Shown here: in pieces, positions 57,920 through 64,000 of the stretch
How the letters are laid out: every line of letters starts with the position of its first letter
Position numbering within the stretch: the first letter of the stretch is position 1
IMG/VR virus record: IMGVR_UViG_3300025687_000024
Location: 1-64,000 of that record
Source of the DNA: a virus
DNA length: 64,000 nt
Reading direction: 5' to 3' (one strand)
The notes under the pieces: model-generated
Told to the model about the DNA's origin: nothing
Database searches by the model: none
What the model saw: only the letters and a program-made list of their open reading frames with translations
Program-made: the position numbers and the translations under genes

Positions 57920-59017
57920 ATGGACCTTCGGACCCAGGTGATCGACTTCTACGACGACCGAGAAGGTCGGATCCTCCAAGGCTTCGTTCCTGACCCCTCG
58001 GACCTCCCGCCGCTGGTCAAGACTGCTGCGGTCCTGGCGGAGAGCGCGCACAACAACCAGTACGCCTTGGTGATGAGCGATCAGCAGGGCACGCTGAGGC
58101 GTTTCCCCACCAACGACGTGGGGAACACCTGGTTGTCGGCGCTCTACTTCCACGCCACCCATGACGTGCTGCCGGAAGAGGCGGAGAAGGTCGCGGCGGC
58201 CAACCTCCTGCTCGCCTGCAATCACTTCCAGATCGACCCCCCGCAGAGCTTGGTGGAGGCAGCCTCGAGGCACGACGGACCCCCCACGACCAACCTGGTC
58301 GACATCACGGGTCAGCGTCGCGAGATCATCAAGGAGGCCGAGGCTCTTCCCGAGGACGACGTCGTCTACGCCCTCGAGGACGAGAAGCGATACCCCCTGG
58401 CCAGCGCGCAGGACGCCCGCACCGCTATGACCTACCTGGACAGGCACCTGCGGGGCTTTGCCCCCGGCCAGCGACGCGAGTTCGCCACCAAGGTCGCCAG
58501 TGTGGCCGAGCGTGCAGGGCTCCCAGTGGAGGGGGCGGTCGCGCAGTACGCGGGCAACGACTACTCCCCCGGGCTGCAGGGACACCTCACCGCCCGCGCC
58601 GCGTACCTGGTGGACATCGGGGCCACGCCCAAGGTGCGCGCCGAGTTGACCAAGGTCGCGGCCCAGCGCACCGCGCTCCCGCCCGACGAGTTCGCCGCGG
58701 CGCTGCAGACCTTCGATGAGAGCCACGGGCTGGATCGTCTGTGGGACCAGGGCATCGCGGATCCCTACTACTCCACCTTCGGGTGGACGGTGAAGACCGC
58801 TGCCGACAAGGCGCGCTACGAGGCGGGCATCCTCTCCGTGTCCGAGGATGAGCTCCGCTCGCTGGCGGAGTACGGGCGCAAGGTGCTGGTCGAGCGCTTC
58901 GGAGAGAAGCTCGCCAACGCCTTCTGCAAGAACCCGGTCGCCATCTTCACGTCCATGCCGCTCCCGCAGCGGCAGATCCTGGCCAACATGGCCTCCAGCG
59001 TCACCGACTTGCAGTAG
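57920..59017 (+). CDS. Putative head assembly/scaffold-related protein with several KxAA motifs
   Basis: Upstream of the portal; RRFPT/KRYPL repeats; VKTAA, EKVAA, ELTKVAA. Confidence 0.6.
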   Translation: MDLRTQVIDFYDDREGRILQGFVPDPSDLPPLVKTAAVLAESAHNNQYALVMSDQQGTLRRFPTNDVGNTWLSALYFHATHDVLPEEAEKVAAANLLLACNHFQIDPPQSLVEAASRHDGPPTTNLVDITGQRREIIKEAEALPEDDVVYALEDEKRYPLASAQDARTAMTYLDRHLRGFAPGQRREFATKVASVAERAGLPVEGAVAQYAGNDYSPGLQGHLTARAAYLVDIGATPKVRAELTKVAAQRTALPPDEFAAALQTFDESHGLDRLWDQGIADPYYSTFGWTVKTAADKARYEAGILSVSEDELRSLAEYGRKVLVERFGEKLANAFCKNPVAIFTSMPLPQRQILANMASSVTDLQ

Positions 59018-59025
59018 GAGGGCAC

Positions 59026-59700
59026 GTGAAGCCCCTCTTCCAGCCCGCGAGACCGTTCGAGGACGGGATGGGGCTTCACGTGCAGCCCCTCACAACGCTG
59101 CTTCTGCAGTTGCTCGGCCCCGAGTACATCGACTGGGACTCCGAGGCGCTCTTCCTCGAGTTGGAAGAGCGTGGAGGCGTCCCCGTGGGTGCGATGACGC
59201 AGGAGCGCATCCAGGCGGTGCGTCTGATGCACCGGCAGCCCTCGTTCTGGCACGACTGGGGAGTGTTCGAGAACGTGACGGCGGCCATCCTCGGACACGG
59301 CGCGGTCTTCAGCCACGCTCAGCCCCCCGATGCGCACGAGATCGCGATCGCGTTGGACGTGGCGCGCGTCTTGGACGCCTCGCGTGCCTACTCGGCCGAG
59401 GTGCTGCAGTACATCGTCAGTGCGCTGCTCTACGACGGCGTGTGGTACCTCGAGGAGCCTCTCGACCTTGCACAGGCGACCTTGGCGGACCACGATAGCA
59501 CCAAGGGCATCCTTCGGGACGTAGGTCAGGTGGCTGCCGTGCTACAGCGTGTTGGGAACCGCTACATCACGACGCCTTCGACAGCGGCCGAGGTGCAGGC
59601 CAACCACGTCATAGAGGTCAGGAAGGCACGAGCGGAGTACAATCAGCAGGTGCAGGCGCAGTTGCGCCAACTTCCGCAGATCCTCCAGGAGCTACGATGA
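59026..59700 (+). CDS. Hypothetical protein
   Basis: SD AGGAGG + GTG. Confidence 0.7.
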   Translation: MKPLFQPARPFEDGMGLHVQPLTTLLLQLLGPEYIDWDSEALFLELEERGGVPVGAMTQERIQAVRLMHRQPSFWHDWGVFENVTAAILGHGAVFSHAQPPDAHEIAIALDVARVLDASRAYSAEVLQYIVSALLYDGVWYLEEPLDLAQATLADHDSTKGILRDVGQVAAVLQRVGNRYITTPSTAAEVQANHVIEVRKARAEYNQQVQAQLRQLPQILQELR

Positions 59701-60068
59701 GCCAGTACGACACCGTCAGGGAACAGATCATCCTCATGGCGTTCGAGGAAGAGCTCGAGAAGATCGCCGCCGGCTGGTTCACCCCCATCAAGAAGGGGCT
59801 GAAGTCGGCGGGCCACCGCATCATCTCCAAGGCGGCGCCCACGGGCAGCGGGGCGGCTACCGCTGGCATCCGCGGCCTGCGGAAGGGCGTGAAGCAGGGC
59901 AAGCGTGGCTACTGGAAGGCCGGCAAGAAGGCCAGCTTCAAGACGCGGGCGCGGGTCTTCGGAGCCAACGCCATGAACTTCGCCGCGCGGAACCCCGGTA
60001 CCGCTGCTGCGGGCGTCGGCCTGGGAGCGGTCGGTGCGGGTGCTGTGGGCGCCAAGGTCCTGAGCTAA
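59697..60068 (+). CDS. Basic ELEKIA-motif protein with C-terminal glycine zipper
   Basis: MAFEEELEKIA; GVGLGAVGAGAVG. Confidence 0.75.
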   Translation: MSQYDTVREQIILMAFEEELEKIAAGWFTPIKKGLKSAGHRIISKAAPTGSGAATAGIRGLRKGVKQGKRGYWKAGKKASFKTRARVFGANAMNFAARNPGTAAAGVGLGAVGAGAVGAKVLS

Positions 60069-60072
60069 GCCT

Positions 60073-62004
60073 ATGTCGGGTAGCGGCTTCGGTCCATCCT
60101 CCGGGTACCGCATGAGCGGCAGCAGCAGCTACGCCTTCGGTTCACTGGATGGGAGGAACAACAGCTTCAAGTACCCCTCGGCCTGGTGGGATGCGGCTCA
60201 CATGGAGCTGCCCACCACGGTCAAGCACCTCTTCAAGTGGTGCCGCTACCATGCCGTCGCCAACCCGCTCATCAGCTCGACGACCCGCAAGATGGCGTCG
60301 TACCCCATCACGCGGCTCATCATCGAAGACGAGCCCATGGAGGGGTTCGGCAAGAACAAGGAGCGCTGGGAGGACTTGCTCTTCCGGGTGCTGAACATCC
60401 AGCGGTTCATGTTCGAGGGTGGACTGGACTACCACACCTACGGCAACTGCATCGTCAGCCTGCTCTACCCCTTCCACAAGTACCTCGGGTGCCGCTCTTG
60501 CGGCTTCCGCGAGCGCATCAAGCGGCTGAAGTACCAGCAGGAGTGGACGTTCCGCAACTTCAGCTACGAGCTCAACTGCCCGAAGTGCGGCACCACGGCG
60601 CCGGCCGAGGTCAAGGATGAGTGGTACCTCTCTTACAGAGGCATCAAGATCATCCGCTGGGACCCCTCGTCGATCTCCATCGAGTTCAACCCCATCACCC
60701 AGGCATCCGAGTACGCCTACACGATCCCCGAGCGCATCCGGGCCAAGATCGTGAACAAGCACAAGCCCTACCTCGAGGAGATGCCGCACACCTTCATCCG
60801 GGCGGCGCGTCACCGGCGCCCTGTGCAGCTCGTGGCGGGCAACGTCTTCCACTTCCGAGCGCCGACACCCTCCGTCAGCGGGAACGACTCCGGTTGGGGC
60901 TACCCGCCCATCCTGCCTGCGCTCAAGGACAGCTTCTACCTGCAGGTGCTCAAGAAGGCGAACGAAGCCATCATGCTCGAGCACCTGGTCCCGCTGGACA
61001 TCCTGTTCCCCAGCACGGCCGACGCCCACGCCAACCCCTACCTGCACGTCAACCTCTCCGACTGGAAGCGGCGCATCGAGACCGAGCTGGTCAAGTGGCG
61101 CATGGACCCCAACCACAAGCCGATCCTGCCGCTCCCCGTGGGGTACCAGCGTGTGGGCGGCACGGGGCGCAGCTTGATGCCTGTGCAGGAGATCCGAGCC
61201 TGGTCCGAGCACATCGTCGTGGGCATGGGGGTTCCTCAGGAGTTCGCCTTCGGGGGCTTGACCTGGTCAGGTTCGAGCGTCTCCATGCGCATGCTGGAGA
61301 ACCACTTCCTGATGTACCGGGACATGCTGCACCACTTCATCCAGCACTTCCTGATCCCGAGCGTCTCCCGGTTCATGAACTGGCAGCCAGTCTCGGCCCG
61401 GATGAAGTCCTTCAAGATGGCCGACGACATGCAGATGAAGCAGCTGCTGCTGTCGCTCAACCAGATGAAGAAGCTGTCGGACAAGAGCTTGTTGGCCGAC
61501 TTCGACAAGGACTCCCTCGAGGAGCTGCGCCTCATCGAGCAGGAGCAGCGACGCGCGCACGATGTGCAGCGGCAGGACCAGCTGGCCCAGGCGGAGGCAC
61601 AGGGCGAGTCCCAGCAGGTCGCCACCAAGTTCCAGATCCGCGCCGAGGAGATGATGCGGAAGCATCAGGAGAGCCTGCAGCGGGAGCAGACGCAGGTGAT
61701 GGGGAGCCAGCCCCCGGCACCCGGGCAGGATCCCGCACTGGCAGCAGGCCAGCCCCAGGCTCCCGGTCGACCGCCTGCCCAGCAGCACGTCAGCAACGTC
61801 AACGTCATCGAGCTGGCCGATGCTTGGGCCAAGCGCCTGCTCGGCCTGGAGCAGCACGAGCAGTCCCGGGTCCTCCAGGACATGGCTCGCCAGAGCCCCT
61901 CCCTGCACAAGCTCATCCTGCAAAAGATGAGCGAGGTGAGGGCGGCGACGCAGGAGCCGCTGCCAGAGCAGAGGCCCCCACGTCGCCAGAACGCGGTGAT
62001 CTGA
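60073..62004 (+). CDS. Portal-like protein with zinc-ribbon insertion
   Basis: WCRY....NPLISSTTRKMASYP, DYHTYGNC, VFHFR...GWGYP, GMGVPQEF; Q-rich C-terminus. Confidence 0.7.
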   Translation: MSGSGFGPSSGYRMSGSSSYAFGSLDGRNNSFKYPSAWWDAAHMELPTTVKHLFKWCRYHAVANPLISSTTRKMASYPITRLIIEDEPMEGFGKNKERWEDLLFRVLNIQRFMFEGGLDYHTYGNCIVSLLYPFHKYLGCRSCGFRERIKRLKYQQEWTFRNFSYELNCPKCGTTAPAEVKDEWYLSYRGIKIIRWDPSSISIEFNPITQASEYAYTIPERIRAKIVNKHKPYLEEMPHTFIRAARHRRPVQLVAGNVFHFRAPTPSVSGNDSGWGYPPILPALKDSFYLQVLKKANEAIMLEHLVPLDILFPSTADAHANPYLHVNLSDWKRRIETELVKWRMDPNHKPILPLPVGYQRVGGTGRSLMPVQEIRAWSEHIVVGMGVPQEFAFGGLTWSGSSVSMRMLENHFLMYRDMLHHFIQHFLIPSVSRFMNWQPVSARMKSFKMADDMQMKQLLLSLNQMKKLSDKSLLADFDKDSLEELRLIEQEQRRAHDVQRQDQLAQAEAQGESQQVATKFQIRAEEMMRKHQESLQREQTQVMGSQPPAPGQDPALAAGQPQAPGRPPAQQHVSNVNVIELADAWAKRLLGLEQHEQSRVLQDMARQSPSLHKLILQKMSEVRAATQEPLPEQRPPRRQNAVI

Positions 62005-62005
62005 G

Positions 62006-62074
62006 CTACGAGTCGCTGACGCCCAGGAGAGCTCCCCAGGCGATGGCGCAGGTACAGAAGGCGGTGAACAGCAT
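62006..62074 (-). CDS. 22-aa hydrophobic peptide
   Basis: TGATG coupling to the upstream acidic peptide. Confidence 0.3.
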   Translation of the reverse strand: MLFTAFCTCAIAWGALLGVSDS

Positions 62075-62202
62075 CAGTCGGTGTCCTCTTCGTCATCGAC
62101 GTCGAAGTCAGGGTCGTCGTAGTCGTCTTCGTCGTCGTAGGGGTTCAGGCCGAACTCCAGGTCATCCCAGAGCTCATCAGTGTGGGTACGGGGACCGTGC
62201 AC
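62074..62202 (-). CDS. 42-aa highly acidic peptide
   Basis: SD GGAGG + GTG; 20 of 42 residues are D/E. Confidence 0.55.
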   Translation of the reverse strand: MHGPRTHTDELWDDLEFGLNPYDDEDDYDDPDFDVDDEEDTD

Positions 62203-62239
62203 GCGGGTTACCTCCAAGTCGTGGTAGTTGGCGTCATAG

Positions 62240-62252
62240 TCCTTATGCGAGA
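62240..62252 (-). promoter_or_regulatory. Second copy of the candidate promoter motif
   Basis: TCCTTATGCGAGA. Confidence 0.5.
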
Positions 62253-62279
62253 ATGTGAGCGCTTCCGTAGGAGCCCCTC

Positions 62280-64000
62280 ATGCCGTACCTGAGCCCTGAC
62301 GAACAGTTCGCTGACCTCAAGAGCAAGGTCTCGTCCACCCTGATGGAGCTCTTCCCCGTGGAGGGGCGCGGCGGCCGCGTCGTCCTCAAGAACGTGGAGG
62401 TCGACGACAACCTCGACACGCATGACCTGCGCTCGCAGCGGGTAGCTCTGCAGGAGGGGAAGACCTGGGCGGTGCCCGTGTACGGGGATGCTGTGCTCGA
62501 GCGCGAGGGCCAGGAGATCGACCGCAAGCGCGTCCTGCTGATGCACCTGCCCAAGACCACGGACAGGTTCGGCTACATCGTCAAGGGGCGGGAGTACCAG
62601 GCGCTCACCCAGTTCCGGCAGAAGTCCGGCGTGTACCACCGCACGGCGAGCAACGGCGCGCTGTTGGCCGAGTTCAACCTGGCCAACAGGGACCAGTTCG
62701 CCAACGGGCGTACCTTCAAGGTGCGGTTCGATCCCGAGGAGGCGGTCTACTACCTGCAGCACGGCAACTCCAACATCCCGCTGTACCACCTGTTGAAGGG
62801 TGCCGGGGTCTCCGACCGGGAACTCGAGCAGCGCTGGGGAGCTGCCATCGTGCAGAAGAATCGAGAGCGGGCCTCGGCCGAGCAGGTCTACTCCCGCTTC
62901 TACAAGGCGGTGAACAAGAAGCAGCCCGCGGATCCCATGAGGCACGCTGGGCTGTTCCGCGAGCTGCTCGGTAAGACCCGGCTGCGGGCGGACACGACCA
63001 AGAAGACGCTGGGCGCCGAGTTCGAGACTGTCGACAACGAGGTCCTCCTGCGCGCGACCGAGAACCTCCTCGACATGTCGAAGGGGCGCCGGGAGGATGA
63101 CCCGAAGACTTCGCTGGAGTTCCAGTCCGTTCACACCATCGACGACTTCATCGACGGCCGCTTGAAGCGTGCGGCGCCGAGCATTCGCCGGAAGCTGGCC
63201 AACGCTCTGGCCAGCGGGCGCACGCGCAACGTACGCCGCGTGGTGAAGGCCGATCCGTTCGACCGGGCAGTGCAGGGCTACTTCACCTCTGACCTGACGG
63301 TGAACCCCGAGCAGACCAACCCCTTGGAGATGCTCGCCGGCCAGCTCAAGACCACCATCATGGGCGAGCAGGGAGGCTACAAGTCGGCGCACGTGGTGTC
63401 CGAGGAGTCCAAGCTCATCAGCCCGTCGCACCTCGGCTTCCTCGACCCCATCCACACCCCGGAGAGCGACAAGACGGGAGTGACCCTCTCGCTGCCGCTC
63501 GGTGTGAAGAAGGTCGGCAACGAGCTCGAGACGCTGCTGGTGGACGCCCGGACGGGGAGGACGCGGCGCATGCAGCCCGCGGACGTGCTCGACCAGACGG
63601 TGGCCTTCCCCGATCAGTACGAGCGGAAGGGGAAGAAGCTGGTAGCCCGTCACGCCAAGGTCAAGGCTACTCGTGGTGGAGAGGTCGTCACGGTCCCTGC
63701 GAGCGAGGTCGACTACGTACTCCCCAGCCCACGCAGCCTGTTCGGCGTAGCGTCCAACCTGGTGCCCTTCCTGCAGAACAACCAGGGCAACCGCGCCATG
63801 ACCGCGGCCAAGCAGCAAGAACAGGCCGTGCCCCTGGAGCACCGGGAGGCTCCCCTGGTGCAGGTCGAGATGGACCGCGGGGGTACCTTCGAACAGGCTC
63901 TTGGCCTGTACGCCTCTCGCCGGGCCCCCGTAGCCGGGGTCGTCAAGACGGTGAAGAAGGACGCGGTGATCATCAACGACGGGGACAAGGACCACGAGGT
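62280..64000 (+). CDS. rpoB: Multisubunit RNA polymerase beta-subunit-like protein (3' truncated by window)
   Basis: SD AGGAG + ATG; translated by hand: LPKTTDRFGYIVKGREY, SHLGFLDPIHTPESDKTG, ASNLVPFLQNNQGNRAMTAAKQQEQAVPL, matching RpoB conserved blocks. Confidence 0.9.
   Translation, partial: MPYLSPDEQFADLKSKVSSTLMELFPVEGRGGRVVLKNVEVDDNLDTHDLRSQRVALQEGKTWAVPVYGDAVLEREGQEIDRKRVLLMHLPKTTDRFGYIVKGREYQALTQFRQKSGVYHRTASNGALLAEFNLANRDQFANGRTFKVRFDPEEAVYYLQHGNSNIPLYHLLKGAGVSDRELEQRWGAAIVQKNRERASAEQVYSRFYKAVNKKQPADPMRHAGLFRELLGKTRLRADTTKKTLGAEFETVDNEVLLRATENLLDMSKGRREDDPKTSLEFQSVHTIDDFIDGRLKRAAPSIRRKLANALASGRTRNVRRVVKADPFDRAVQGYFTSDLTVNPEQTNPLEMLAGQLKTTIMGEQGGYKSAHVVSEESKLISPSHLGFLDPIHTPESDKTGVTLSLPLGVKKVGNELETLLVDARTGRTRRMQPADVLDQTVAFPDQYERKGKKLVARHAKVKATRGGEVVTVPASEVDYVLPSPRSLFGVASNLVPFLQNNQGNRAMTAAKQQEQAVPLEHREAPLVQVEMDRGGTFEQALGLYASRRAPVAGVVKTVKKDAVIINDGDKDHE

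Overview
This window is a very GC-rich, gene-dense segment of a large (jumbo-type) tailed dsDNA phage with a contractile tail. It is not a bacterial chromosome. It has three blocks. (1) 1-40.6 kb, + strand: virion morphogenesis genes. These include the end of a tape-measure-like gene, a hub-like protein, a gp25-like wedge protein, baseplate J, acidic beta-rich baseplate/fibre proteins and a putative head fibre. Interspersed among them are a SNF2 helicase, a sigma70-family factor and many basic Gly/Ala-rich proteins. (2) 40.7-57.8 kb, - strand: replication/recombination genes (RusA-like and Hjc-like resolvases, tandem Cas4-like nuclease, RecA, family A DNA polymerase, Cys-rich SSB-like protein, primase, DnaB-like helicase, divergent family-4 UDG, SF2 helicase, HTH protein). 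(3) 57.9-64 kb, + strand: head genes including a portal-like protein, then an RNA polymerase beta-subunit-like gene at 62280 that runs off the window and is missing from the ORF track. The strongest unexplained signal is a short motif, [FY]-x-x-E-L-x-K-[ITYL]-A ('ELEKIA'). It is shared by about 9-10 otherwise unrelated, mostly basic proteins, usually at the N-terminus. I interpret it as a capsid-targeting/maturation-cleavage signal for injected cargo (helicase, metallopeptidase, glycine-zipper membrane proteins). Two classes of candidate promoter are also visible. No CRISPR array, tRNA, rRNA or transposase was seen. All product calls come from motif recognition by eye; no database searches were run.
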